In this document: piece by piece, positions 45,901 through 60,700 of the stretch | How positions within the stretch are numbered: the stretch's first letter is position 1 | Layout of the letters: the number at the start of each line of letters is the position of its first letter | Assembly: GCA_030141605.1 (NCBI GenBank) | Contig: JAQGDQ010000007.1 | Span: 731,173-795,172 of the forward strand | DNA length: 64,000 bases | Direction: 5' to 3' | From: Tubiluchus corallicola | Lineage: Eukaryota; Animalia; Priapulida | Made by a program: the position numbers and the translations under genes | Notes under the pieces: model-generated | The model's database searches: none | Told to the model about the DNA's origin: nothing | What the model saw: only the letters and a program-made list of their open reading frames with translations

Positions 45901-46952
45901 ACAAATTAACAAACTTTTTTCCTTTAACATGTACAGCTTGAACTAATTTATTATTATATTATAAACAACACCTTTTGTTGTTTTTGCCTGTGTATTTATT
46001 GTACCATTTATGAGTACGAATAAATGGTATAAATAAATAATAAATAAAAACGCAGCTACTAAGACAAAGAAAATAAATTAAAGGCCGTTGTCTATTAAGA
46101 ATGTCACCTCTCAAGTACTGTACTTTCATACAGCATAAAGAATGTTTCCACAATTTTATATTTCAACCATCTTATGATCACTCTACTTCATAAGTTGTTT
46201 GAATATGCGAAAACGAGTATAGCAGTAATACATACTCAAATCCAACTCAATCTTATATCTGATGTCCGCATCTTTGTCCGCGTCCGTGGCTTTGAGGACA
46301 TACACCAGCTCCCCCTGTGGCGCATTTGCACTGACGACGGTCTGAAATGGTCGCGGTGTGTTGATGAACACGGGCTTCTCGTCGTTGACATCTCGGACAT
46401 TGAGGACAACGGGTTGAACTTGCTCGACTGCAATAAAAACACACGTTCGTAATGAGCACGACTGAAAACGGAATTACAGGAAGGGAAAATAGATAGGATA
46501 ATTAGGGGTCCAAGTTCCTGCGCGTGGCGGTAAATGACTCTCCGGGGAAATGAAAACTTGTGAGCAGATTCTGCTGAGCTGCACGTCTGTTTCAGATTCC
46601 TACGGAATGTCACCAGACATCATCCGAGAAGCTGAAAAATGAGCAGGGAAGTAAATTGCATCGAGTGCTTTCCACAAGATAGGAGGTTTAGGGAAAATGT
46701 TTTCGAAGGACTTTCAATCATGATAGATAAAAACAGTAATAAAGACGCCAGGAAGAGAATTTTATATTTCTCTTTCCGAAATACAAATTTCCAGTGAAAA
46801 ATGGTAATCAACCAAGGTTTAATTAACAATATGTTTTTAAGTACAGTAGATTGTTATTAAAAATATCTGTGATCCGTGTGCCCACAGAGAGCATTAATGA
46901 AGGCTTATGTAATGGAACAACTTTTCAACCCACTGTTCTAAAGTTAGTAAAA

Positions 46953-47051
<99 letters not shown>

Positions 47052-50000
47052 TAGGTACGTAAGTATTTTATATATCGCCTATATACAATATATTCAATAC
47101 AAAAACCAAAGTTATTAGTTACAAAAAACAAAGCAAAATGACACGGCGATTAATAATTTAATACAGGGTTGGTTGGCGAAAAATTCTATGCGCTTGCAGA
47201 TTGGATAGATGTAACGTAACTGGTAGATAAAAACATCTGATGATGTCTGACGAACTATTAAAGAGAAAGTCTCACAGCCAATGGCATTCAGTTTAACTAA
47301 AAATACCACGGATATCATACAAAAATGTCAAGTACAGGGCAACACAAGAATAAGATCTGAAAAAAGAACCCCAATTCAAATTATTTCAATAACAAATAAG
47401 CTATTAAACTTCGGGTGCAAAAAAGGCTATTGGGTTATCAGCATTTGCCTGAAAACTGTCTTAAACGACTTTTTCAATTCTGTCGTCTTCGTGCCGTGTG
47501 TACATGATGTACAGAAAGAAAAACAGACAAAAGAGAAGCCCGCTCTAGACGTGAAACAGCTTTCCTCCACCCGCCACGCCAGAGCTAATCGATCAACAAG
47601 AGAAGACGTTGCCTCTACTCATGAGTCATCGCTTGGGAAGCCAGAGTAAAACCAGCAACAACAATAACCTTTCTGAGAATAGCCAATTACACTTCACAAA
47701 CATCGACGATTAGAAGAGCGTGGATCGATACCCATCAAAGGAAAATAAGAAACCATAACAAGAATTTGAAGGAGCGAGTAAACAACCAAGTATAATTAGG
47801 CGGCTGCCAAACGGCTATAATTCTAGATTTTTCGGATTCTACAGCCCTGGTATTTTCGCACGTTTTTGTGAAACGAGCAGGCGGGGTGCGAAGGTAATTC
47901 ACATGGGTCATAAAATGCCTGCAAAACATTTAAACACCAGATATTCCCAAAGGAATAAAAACCGCGAGGGAATCGTCCACAGACATCTGGCGACAACGAA
48001 AGAAAATTTTCAGGCGATAATTGCATTTTGTGAGCGACAGGTCTTAGCTCTATGAGTGATGCTGCCGCTGAGTCACGTACTTCTGAGTAAATAATGAACT
48101 TTAAAGGTGAAGAAACAGCATCAGACAGCATTTCTACTTCCTAGCAGCAGTACATATTATCAATAAGTAGTGTTTGTACACTAGAAACTATGAAGTCGGT
48201 CTAGAACCTCTAGGTGATCAAGACGCTAGAGGGTTAAAGAGCTTGAAGCAAGAGCTGAAAGAGGCTAGAAGACTAATTAAAGTCATGCGCATTGCACACA
48301 GTCATTTGTCCAATTTCACAATTTTTAAAAAGTATCTCCGGATATCCATTCCTAGCAGTTAATTTTTAAAAAGAATAACCTACTTAGGTGGATGAAATCC
48401 AAACATTCGTTCAAATCAGACGTTTCTGCTTGATCTATTTTCCCATCCTGAGTAGAAAGTTGGATCTGGTGTAACTAAATTTTAGTGGAACACTGAAGCG
48501 GAAGGTCAAAGGCCACATATAGTTTAAAAAAGGTGGCATCTAGACAAATGTAAAGTGATTTATTTAAAAACTAGGCACTTTTCACGAAGAAACGAGGACT
48601 TTCTAGAGGCTGGTTTAAGACTAACGAACGGCGAAAGATTGGGAATGAAGAGAGAGAAGGAAACATTGAACGTCAAGCTATTATTTCCAAACGTCGCAAG
48701 CCTAATTCCGGAAATAAGTCGTTTTAAATATACACTGCATTTACAGCTTAGACAGAATTATGAAAACTAGTAAGCTAATGGGGTACAAATCTGCCAAAGC
48801 ATACGAGTTTAAACATCGATTTTAAAGCAACGCCTAGAATAGTTTCGTAAAGTGCACAGAAAACCAGCAGCGAAAAATTCTGAAAAATAACATCTTCAAA
48901 CGAGCTAAGCATAACGACACTTACATATGATACTTTAATATAGAACCAATCATTGTCTATATCACAAACTTATGTAGCGTTTATGTAGCGTCCGGAATGC
49001 GGAGGTGGATAACGCATTCCGGATGCTACATAAGCGCAATTTTAACTTGTATTCATGGAATGTTGATGATTGGACAATGTGACGTATGTTTGTCTGTAGC
49101 TTTCATTTTCTTATAAGTGGGTAAAGATAGCTCCTAGTAAGGGGGTACTTAAAACAAATTGCAATAGAATTTTTCTCTTCAGATTCTGTTAGAACATGGT
49201 TTTAGGTGCCCTCAGCAAAGATCGGCCAAAATCGGCTTTGGTATTTTCGAGATATACGCATAAATCCAAGATGGCGCCCACTATAATCGCCTTATAATAG
49301 TATTGTGACGTCATCGTGACGTCACATTTGAAAAACGATCCTATTTTTGGAATCCCCGAGTGTCCTATCAGTCGATAATACATATTTTTCATCTCGGCTC
49401 GATGGTTTAGGAGATATAACTGATTTTTGGCCCTAGTATGCGCCATCTTGGCTTTATACATATATCTCAAAAATACCAAATCCGAGTTTGGCCGATTTAT
49501 TGTTGAGGGCACCTAAAACCACATTCTAACAGAATCTGAAAAGAAAAATTCTATTGCAATTTGTTCTCTATGTTCCTTGTTATCTTTACCCGCCTGTTAG
49601 TGGACTTTACTCTCTTTTGTTATCAGTGCCTCTCATCACTACAACAGATGTTTCATCAATGATTAGTAAAGTATCATGGCTTACTAACTTACATGGCTGA
49701 CTAAATAAACCCGTACGAAACACATATATCATAAAGACTGGATAAATTTTGAATAAATGATAATTTGGAGTAGTTTCAAAAATGTAGCTGGCTGAACTTA
49801 ATTGACAAATCACATAATAAAGCTGGTAAAGGAAATTAAAGAGTTCGTCAAAATGGAGTGAATTTTGTTGTAAGGTTAGGCCAAGCCTTATAATGCCACT
49901 GGCTTGACAAAAATCTTAAATACTGAATGTAGTTATCAAGGAGAAAAACCTCTCTCGAGTCTCGCATTCATCATTTCACAGAATAGAACCCCCGTATGAA

Positions 50001-51650
50001 AGAGCTAGATACAATTACCTCAGTGTATGCAAACTCGATTCTCAGTTGACTGAAAAGGGTTGCCAGCTTTGACAGCAGTGCGTGACGTCAATACAAAGAG
50101 TTGCTTCGCTAGCTGACAAGTCACCACAGAAACTTTATACAGACACCGTGCAGTTGGGTAAACAGAACGCCAAGTCAGCCCCAATAATTCGTGCTAAGAA
50201 AGCACTGGCAAGAGTAGATAAACAGGATTTTATAAAATCCGTATGACCGGTTGGAGGAAAATTGAATGGAACTCAAAGCAAATAACGAGGCTACTTATAG
50301 ATAAAAAGTTTTCACGGGGGTTCAGCGGAGTGAAAAAATAAATTGGACGAAGTAGCCGCTTTTAAATTCGTATGGACGAAATGCTTTGCTATGAGTCCAT
50401 AACATGCCAGGACTAGTGTAGGAGAAATAAGTACGGTGATAGAGAGTAATGAGTCCGATGAGTGTGGTGACAAATAATAATGTTGGTGTTATTTTTGTAC
50501 ACTTAGGAAGTGCTAAAAGTACTTAAACCACAGTAAACGGTTGGAATACGACATTAGTGTACACTTAGGAAGTACTTAAACCACACCAAACGGTTGGAAT
50601 ACGACATTAGTGTACACTTAGGAAGTACTAAAAGTACTTAAACCACAGTAAACAGTTGGAATACGCATTAGAAACACAAAATTTCGCAACTTTAAAAATA
50701 CTAATTTTTTTCACACTGGCGCACTAATACGCTGCGGCACGTTCACATAGAAAATAAGAAGCTGGCAAATATGAACTGTTAGTAGTGCAGCTGCACCTGA
50801 GTATTAAGCACCTCCACATTAAGCTGCAAATGACACTGCAAAATTAGTATTAGACCAAATATGACAAATTATAAAGAAGAAATGTATCGCTTCAAATTTG
50901 ACCTGCGATGGAATAAAACTAAAATTATTATTGATTAATTTCTGAAACTAAAACCGTTTTTCCCCTTATCATTCTTTTGCAACTTATTTATTTCCTCTTT
51001 CGTTTTTTTCTCACAACTACTACATCCTTCTCTTTAGCAAGATTGCCCCTTCCCCCACCAAAACAAATCAAATCCTTCACAAAATTTTAAATTCGATCTC
51101 GTTGAGCCGCGCTTGTTCTCTTCTACTCGACCGAGTTGCTCCCTAGATCTCATCAGAGATATGAAGCTACTTCCTGTCTCTCTCCGCCTTATATCAAGAT
51201 GCACAGAATCCTTGTGGCTCTTCGTGTATCGATCCACAGCCTCATTTACTGACCAGCAATTTCATACACTTCACTTCCACACCCCGGATTACATTCGATA
51301 TTACTAGCAATCGAGTGCTGTTCAAGAACACTTCGCTGAGCCAGTGGCATTCTGCATGGTTTAATGCTTGCGCCCATGCTTTTATTCAAGTATACATCAT
51401 TATACTGGACATCGATATTAAACTAGTAAGTACAGTGGCTTTCAGGCATAAATCATTGGACCTGCTGAGTTTAGTTGAATATAACACATATACAAAATTA
51501 ATTATTATCCTTCATGCTAAGACTTCAGAGAGTTCAACACAAGGATTATTGTTGTTGTTAAATGAATTAGTTGCTTCACTCAATCCTTCCCTCTCTCTCG
51601 CCCTTCCTCTCTTTGTCTCATTACTCAACCCTTCCTCCTTTTCTCTCTTG

Positions 51651-51712
<62 letters not shown>

Positions 51713-54700
51713 ATGAAGCCCACGGCACTTCTTTCAATTTTCTCGTTTTCAGCAACATTATTAATTCATAAAATTTCACGCATTTTCTCTGAGGTGCTCC
51801 TAATACCAGATAAAAGCATCGTAAAACATTTAAGCGTCAACGACAAGTAAATTCCGGATAGATATTTAATGAATTTTTAAGGAATGACGACGTCCAAAGA
51901 CAGCAGACAAAACATCCCCATCCGCTAATAGCCCGTACATGTAATCAGCTGCTCCAGTACATGACAGCTTCAATCAACAACGCTCCATCATCAACGACGA
52001 AAGCAAGAGTTACAGTGTAAGCAAATGGACGGACGGCAGAAAGTTTATTATCGTTATGCCTGCCCTAATGGCTGCCATGGCATTACTGTAGCAATGCATA
52101 TTATACTCACTGAGGCCAGCTTCTGTACTGTTGCTGCTGCTGCTGAATCTCGTGCTCAGTGGTATTGATTCTACAAAGGAGGCAGCATGGGTATTGATTG
52201 TTGAGTTTACAGACACGGTCGGTCGGTCGCAACTCACACTTCCCATACGACACGAGATAGCAGAGCCGTTCAACGCCCGATCCACTTTAATTTCACACAC
52301 TGATGAATACGAGGCTTACGATCACGTTCTTTGGTTACAAGACAAATAATACGGCCACGTAATTAAATTCAGGGATAAAAGTATGGGCTGGCGTCTGCAT
52401 TCCCGGTGTGTTGGAGCTCAGTGTATGTTGAAGACGGAAATAATGTTCAGGGCAACAATATCAGGTTATTTTCATTATTTTGAAAAATTTTCTGATAATC
52501 GACATAAAGCAATTCTGAGCAATGTTTTGAAAAGGATTACCGTAAGTGACAAGGATGATTTAAACGCCCAAACAACAACAGCAGAGGTTTTGAGAAAGCA
52601 AAGGCAACAGCAAAACGTTGACCAAGTGCACAATGAAAAATAGTGAAAAGTACTAGAGTAAGGGATTAGTAGTATCCTCGACATGCAGATAGCTGTGTGA
52701 ACAAATTGTAAAGTGACTACTGATAGTTAGGAACACCAAGCCTGATAAACAAATGGATAGATGAACGCCAGTACTTCACTTCAGCGTGTTTTCAATGAAT
52801 TGTCCTGGCATAGTCGCTTCTGCTTTGTGTGTTAAATATCAGCTTAACCACAACAAGTAAAAAAAACTACTATTATTGAAATTAGTTTACAAAAACCCAT
52901 CTCCCAGTGCTTCTTTGTTTAGACTGGAGCTGTTTTTGATGCTCTTTCTTCATTGACTTAAACATAATAGCTTCTGCTTTTCACTAGGCTTAAAGGACAA
53001 GTAAACCTTTTACTCACATAAAGCCAAAAAAATCGCCTCGATATTTTGTGTCACCTACATAAACCCTTTACTTACATAAAGCTAAAAAAATTCGCTTTGA
53101 AATTTTGTGTCACCCACATACTACTGCATTATTGTGAGCAGAGCTTTTATCTCCAGCAACGCTGTATAAAACTTAAAAGTTTAAAGTCCCGCGATGACCG
53201 TTAGGCCCAGCCATTTTGACGGTAAGTCATTTGAAACAAGTTTAGATAAAAATTTGGTAAGGTTTGAAAAAATAATCAGAGCATTCGTAGCATCTAATTA
53301 TGCAAAAGTATAACTTACTTTATCTTGTTAATAAGTTTAATAATGTTTTTGGCGAATCAGCAGTGACTCGGAAGTTGAGTCAGTGACATTTTACCAGTTG
53401 GCGTGAACAATAATTTTTTTTCCTAGTTATAAGACTTTGCAATAGGTAAGCGTACTGTAAGGTACAAGAAAACTTTGTACAGAACGTGTTTTGGACATAT
53501 TCTAAAATTAATTTCCATCCTTTAACTTGCAGAGAATACTATTAACCTATGTGCACTTTGATTTGCCGCTAATTTTCACAACAAAAGTTGAAAACTATTT
53601 CTGCATATTATTTGGTGATTCATTCCACCAATGAAATTTATACTCGACTAAGTTAGTAAAAACATCTGAAATTTTGATAATAAATGTGGACACGTAGCAT
53701 AGTATGAATAAAACGATTTCAAATGGAATGTTTATGCATTCATAAACGTCAGTAAGAAATTAATTACGATGCACGTCAAAATAAATTATAATTCTTATTG
53801 ATTATGAAGGTGATGACTCTCAGATGACTTTATACGCGCAGTTACGAAAATGATGGCTGACCTAGGATGATGATACACACGGGACATCTGGGAAGTCACT
53901 TATCCCTCTTCCCTCATTGCTTAAATAGCTGACTGCAATCTATCAGGAAGTAATGTATTTTTTTTCAGAGAGATCTAAGCCAAAAACCTTTTCACTGGAA
54001 AAGCTAAAGACAAGGCTTTATGCAAAAAATATATACATATTGCTTTTGCATTTTATTCTTAATGAGCAATGAAAAAGCATTATAAAGTTTTCATTTTTTG
54101 CGAAATCACCTACGTCTCTAAAACGGGGTTTTCATTAATGTAATTAGGAATAGTTAGCCTCTGCGAAGTTCATCATGTTGTCGCCCGGTCTCGATCATCA
54201 TACTCTAAAATATGATGGATGGCAATGATAATGATAAAATCACGATGAATTTTCAATCAATTTCGTATTGTCTACCAAACATGGACACTCTTATTTTTGT
54301 CTATATTGCCTTTTTTACTTTCTCGTATTCTGAGATCTTAGACTATGTAGTAAAATATTATAAAATTCACCAAAGTATGAAAAGTATTCTCTTACATGAT
54401 CTGATTGGAGGTTGCTTTGTCGGTGCCACCCACGTGGATCCGCCTAAACACTCTCTGCAGAGATGCGCCATTACAGACGCGCCTACACCACCTATGCAAT
54501 GATGCGCCATGATAGATCCACCTACACCCCTGTACGGTGATTCGCCACTGTGAATCCGCCTCAACCCCCTGCGCAGTGATGCGCCACTCTCTCTGTGTGA
54601 CTTTCCAACGCCAGGCCGGTTTGTTTGCAACAAGAATGCTAATCCGAACAAAAACTAGCCAATTCGTAGCTAGGAAGAAAGCAATAGTATGCTGGCAAGT

Positions 54701-57700
54701 CAAACAAAAACATTTTACAGTATTATGCTAAGATGTATGGGCTGTGCAGCGTACATCCTCTCTCTGCTTGCCAACTGTAGCAAAAAACGACGACAAATTT
54801 CTGAAGAATAACAGGCGTGGAGCTAAACGAATAATTCTGGCTAAAGAAAGTAGGCGATAAAATATAACGCCCGAAGGTTAAAAATCCTCTCTGAAAGGGA
54901 AGAAATCTCACAAAGTACCAAGTTACAAATTATTCAAATGCTGGTTCAAATAAAATTAATTAGATTTATGACTAATAAATATAAATAAAAATGACTGTTC
55001 GACAAGTAAAAATATTTCATCAAATATCATCAAAGTAAGTCGGTAAAGAATCAATAAAATTATCGAAAAAGCAACTTGACACATTTTCTCCTTGTTGACT
55101 ATATAAGTATATTTTGTAGTCCAATAAAGCTAAATTGTAATTTAGTGTAAATAATTAATTAACTGTACTTAATTGTGAAATACTACTAACCGACATTGGT
55201 ATACTGACTTGTTAATGTTTGATTATTAAAGGAAAACCGGACGATTGCTTAGACTCAATCTCATTTTATTTTACTGTCCAAAACATACATTTTCTTGCCT
55301 ATAAAAGTTAGCAATTGTTTCTTATATTTGAATAATTAGCTCAGAAAGTTTATTAACGGCAACCGAACACAGCTATTGCATACGTCAGAAACTAACCACA
55401 GTTTGTGCAATGACAGGCATCTCCCTTGCGCGTCAAGCACGCTAGCGTAAGTGTTACTGCTTAAACGCGTGATGCCCCGAAAATGGGCTCTACGTTACAT
55501 CACGTCAGAAACTAACACTGCAGTTATGGTTATCACGGTACCACCTTCTAGTTATTGGCCACGCGAAGGTGACAAAAGGCGCCGTTGCCAATCTTAGTAG
55601 ATTCACTGAGTCGCGCGTAGCTTTGAAAGTTTAACGAAATTTGAGTATCCAAGGTAACTATTATTTAATCTAAGCTTTGATTAAAAAACTATTGTAGTTT
55701 TCAATATTTTAAAGCATTCTTTATTCTTTATAATGTTTACACAATCATCCAGTTTTCCTTTAATTATGATGTGTTACATTGTTTTGTATTGATGTACTGC
55801 TTTGTAATATGGACTTTGTTCCGAAATAAAAGTAGTCAATAAAATATCAACCCAAGTAAATAAAAACGTCATTCTCTTTAACGTGTATTGTAATTTTGAA
55901 ATATATTCACCAGTTATCGCCCGATGTATAAGTTTATTACGATTAACCCATACAATCAACCATATCACGCATACAAAGCCATGCTAATGAAATGTCAAAT
56001 ACATGTATAGACTTTTGGCCAACTCAGCGTAAATGTAGTAGATACTGACTCGCCTTACAAGTGCAAAAATCGAAACAAATAATTTCACAAAGAATTGATT
56101 TCGTGAAAACTGCTGCTTTCATATATACAATTTCAAAGAACAGCCACGTTTTAGCTGCAAATCTAATGATCTTGATCAATCAAAGTTTTAAAATAGGCTA
56201 AAAATGATACAATGTGTTGTAATTCGACTTAATCAGTCTTTATCACCAATAAAAATTCTTTTATTGTACATCCGAGAGAAAATTTCTGAAGACGAAATTA
56301 CTGCAGTGCAGAGAAACTTATTTAGCTTTGGCTTTACATAAAAGCTAAACCTGAACAGAACACGTTACTTATTAAAAACTGTAAACTACACAAAAGTTTA
56401 ATGTCTCTAATAACTGTACTTCTCGTCTACAGCGTTACACTGCAGTCAATCCGTCCCACCCACAGCCCACACGTCTGATGTACCCTATTTTTACGAGTAA
56501 TAACTCTTGAAATGTGATAGGCCTATAACACGACCGCTTCAGTGCGGACAGAAAATCGTTTGACTACCAGACGTCTAGGCTAAATGAGATGTTGCAAAAA
56601 ATTAATCTTCCGTTGGAAGTGTTCTTGTCAGTTTCAATTTGATAAATATTTTGTAATCATTTAACATGTATAACTGCATGTATCTGAGCACAAGGCAGGC
56701 AAAATGAGGTTAAACGATTTTCCAAGCTAAATAGTCTGCTAAATTATGGCATTTTAATTCAAACAAACAACAAAAGTTTAGCAATTTTTTTAAATGGATT
56801 TTCATTTAGACTGTGACACAACAAGATTTTAAATGACGCTAAAGAGCTGACAAAGTAATGCTCGAACAAGTTCTACCTCTAGTTGTTAAAAAATTATGAC
56901 AAGCTTTTTTCAGTCGTTTAGACGAGTGTATGCCACATGCTCATGAATGTATTACAACGCGTGAAAGTTATTGTCAGTCTTTCTTTTCTTTTTGTTCTTT
57001 TAGCTTCACATATATGATCAAAGAACGTTTAACGAAGTCAGCGAACTCGGCTCGTTTGTATTTAACTTTTGAATTAAATTATTAAAGTTTCAAGTGTAAC
57101 AGCAGTGACTCACCACTCTCAGAATTTGTTACAGAAAAGTCGAAAATAATCATTTTACACAAAAAGATGTCACATGCTTTTAGCTTTTCACAGAACTGTT
57201 TCTCTGTGAACATCTGCTAGTTGTTTGATTATTTATACATGTATTATGACCACGTAAAATTAAAAGGAGCATCAAAGGTCATTTTCATTTATCTAGAAGC
57301 CACAATTTCCTGAATTCTATCATCCTCCTCAATTAGCTTATTTCTTGTTGAAACTTCCTCAATATAATTTGTATTCACCTTTTGAGAATTTGTAACTTTT
57401 AAAAGAAATACCTCTTTTAATTGCCCACCTTGATACTATGTGGGTATTGTAGTACTCTAATACAGGATAATGAAAAAATAATGTTTTAGTGCCTTAATCT
57501 ATGTCAAGATTTAGATGGTCTGTCATGGACTGGTAGGAATTTAATGGCAAAACAACCTAGGTAAGTATCTTTTAATGATGCAGTCTAGACAGACTCCAAA
57601 AATTTCATTCTGATCAAGAAACTATTGAAAAAAGCAACTTACTTTAAAACAAGTGTTTTTTCCGAGTTCAATCTGACTGCCAGTGACTAATAATTACTCA

Positions 57701-60700
57701 ATTTCAGACAATAAATTTCTTACGAATAAAAATGGCAAAAGCAATTACATGGCATCAACTTAATACTAAATAAATTTACAATTCGCACAAATCACGTTTA
57801 ACGTAAAGAACAGTTCCCGTTATTTGGAAAATTTTTGTGCCGGCATCACAACATATTTCAAATGTCATCACAATGTTCATGAAATTTCAAAAAATGAATT
57901 TCTTTAATATCTTTTTAAAATTTTATTTGTATATTTGTTAAAAAATCCAATAAAAGAAAACAATAATTAAGACAGACTTAGGCAACATATATTTGCACAT
58001 TTTTTGCACAAACATATGAATTCACGCAATTTTCTGCTATTCTTAATATTCTGTTCTATTCTAGCCTATTCTGACTTATGTCTTTTTCCACTGCATTCCA
58101 TTCTGTGCCAACCCAGTGTACTCTATTCAATTATAACTGTATCACACAATCTCACAATGCGGTGTTGTGAGCTCTGGCGTACTTTTTCAATCGTCTAAGA
58201 GTACCATTTTTTACATATTACACTCCACGCAAATTATACATCAACGCCAAAGAATTCAACAATATTCTGCCACGTATTCAAGCGGTAAAAAGCTATTATA
58301 CTGGATTACTGCCACACAACAAGGCAAGAAATTCACGCTGTGGAATTGTGTGCAGCAAGGAGGAAATCTTAGGCCTTCAGGTCTCGGGTTCAAAATCCTG
58401 ACTGGTCCAGTTTTTCAGTGTCTCATTTGTATAAAGTGTCTCCTTTTTGCAACTCATTATCCGCAATGGGTAATAATTGGTAAATGAACCGAATAGTTTA
58501 TAAAAATTCTGCCAATCACAGTCATAATTAATTAATGATATCGTTAGTTGCCAGCTAATTTGAAAAAGAATTTAGTTTCAGTTGCTTTAGTTTTGCTAAG
58601 TACTGCTTAAAACGGAAGCTACAGATTTGTAAAAATAGCTCTAACTCTATAACTATCACATTTACTTTTAAAAATTACAGGTGTCAGGTGCTACAACACG
58701 ACAAAGACCTCTCTCTGAGTGTGTACAATACCCAATTTTTCAAGAAGAACTGTCTTTTCCTTACCCAAGGGGCATTGGGTGACAAGTTGATTAGTGTGAA
58801 AATACGACAGCGTACAAAACGCCGGGCTCAAACAAAGTTGCACAAAACTACGAGCGCAACCACTTTGATCAACGATTCCCAATTTTCTGCCACACTGTTT
58901 AATTCAACAACTAACGTAATTACTATTATATAATTTATGAGTATTTAGCTAGGAGTAATTCCCAGTAATTAGGCATGACTGTACCAGACAATTAACAATG
59001 ACGAATGATAATCATATGGTAATGGCGTTATACAAATTTACATTGATAATTCATTACCAGTGTTGTGATTTTCACCACACCTAGGAGAAAACGTTCGTCA
59101 GCTTAATTACACTGAGCATTCCCAAATGAACTAGATCTGTTTCTTGATAATTATTAATAATAAATGTTACCTAGAAGAAATGACTATTTTATAAATACGT
59201 ATCAAAAGTTTGTAGCTATAAGACTTAGCAGAACCTTTGACGCCTAGAATTATAACAAGCAGAACCTGTAGCAGGCAAGCAGCTAGATTATAGCAAGCAG
59301 AACCTGTAGCAGGCAAGCAGCTTCTTTATAGCAAGTAGGACCTGTAGCAGGCAAGCAGCTAGAATTATACCAAGCAGAATAAAATTTTGGGCACATATTT
59401 ATGATAAAGAATGTGATGATGCCAGTGTTCTAATTAATGGCTCCGCCATTCAAACTCAGAGAGATCACAATGAATGACTTTATGCCTTGGAAGAGCATGG
59501 TAAATGTGCATTATATTTAAATTTCAAAATGGTTAGACACCATCGAATCAAGTTATGAAACAGCTCTTACCAATATACTTAAGTATTTAACAAACAATAG
59601 ATGTAGTACAAACATTCTTTCCAAATTTATGGAGGAAAACTATTCAATCAGCTCCCTCAAACTATCCCAGCTCTAACTGTCATGAATTTTAAAAAAAAGG
59701 GTGCTTCAAATACAATATTGAAGAATTTTTCTCGAAATCTGCAAATTAACTTCTCACATGTTTTAATCTAGGATGTGTTTTTAAACTTATAGGCTTACAA
59801 TGATATTGTAACTTGTATATTCAAAGATTTAGTTTTAATTTGTTTTTTATGCTTTATTTTTTCATTTAATCAATTTGTGCTCATTTTATCAGCTGAATTT
59901 AAACCCAAAATCTTTTATTTACTGGATAATTTTGTACATGCATGTAAAATTTATATATATGATGTACTTTTAAAAATTTTGTATTTCGCATTTTGCATTT
60001 TTTATGTTTATTTATACTATGTATTGTTTTAGTATCGACCTGGATGTAAAGGGGATGACTCATTCTAGCTACCTAGTTTAAATAAAGCTCTTATCTTATC
60101 CTATCTTATCTTATCTAGTTATAATTTATTTATCAGCGATTTCCTGTTCAAAAAAACCTGAAGGCATAAGAAATGCTCTTGTGAAGTGCAACGTTTTGAA
60201 GTAGAAAGATTTTGAAAAGATCGTGTGGGAGTTCAAAAGGTATCTTGCCGCTTATTAGAATTCCACCTATATTTACAAATCAAAATACATGTAGCGTTGT
60301 CATTTCTCCCACACCTTCCGACTGTGAACCATTACAGGACCACCCCTCCCCCAGGTGTGACTAAAAACAACCTCTTCATATTACATTCTGTCCCCAGGCA
60401 TCATTGAAACATACTTTACAATCATAATACTGCCATTGTAATGGCACTAATGCATGCCTTGGACAATATAACTCTTGTTAGTACACCCCCTCCCCGCATA
60501 AGACCACTCTGAGTAGATATAATAAAATATTAGACATGTAATAAATGAAGATACTAAATCAGCTGATGCGGCAAACTTGACGCCATCCATTTATGACATT
60601 TATAAAATACTTAACTGTATAAAAACTAAAAATATGTAAGTTTTAAGTATTAAAAAGTGATTTAAATACATGAAACAGAAGATGAAAATGAGACAGAACA

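Noticed and set aside
46925-47131. ORF with a YLLT repeat
   Set aside because: It is the translation of the (AAGT)n microsatellite.
51315-51771. ORFs ending in LSLSLS
   Set aside because: They are translations of the (CT)n microsatellite.
52056-52349. Plus-strand ORF with a signal-peptide-like Leu run (nested gene)
   Set aside because: The Leu run is a (CTG)n tract, an in-frame TAG separates it from the upstream ATGs, and there is no recognisable domain.
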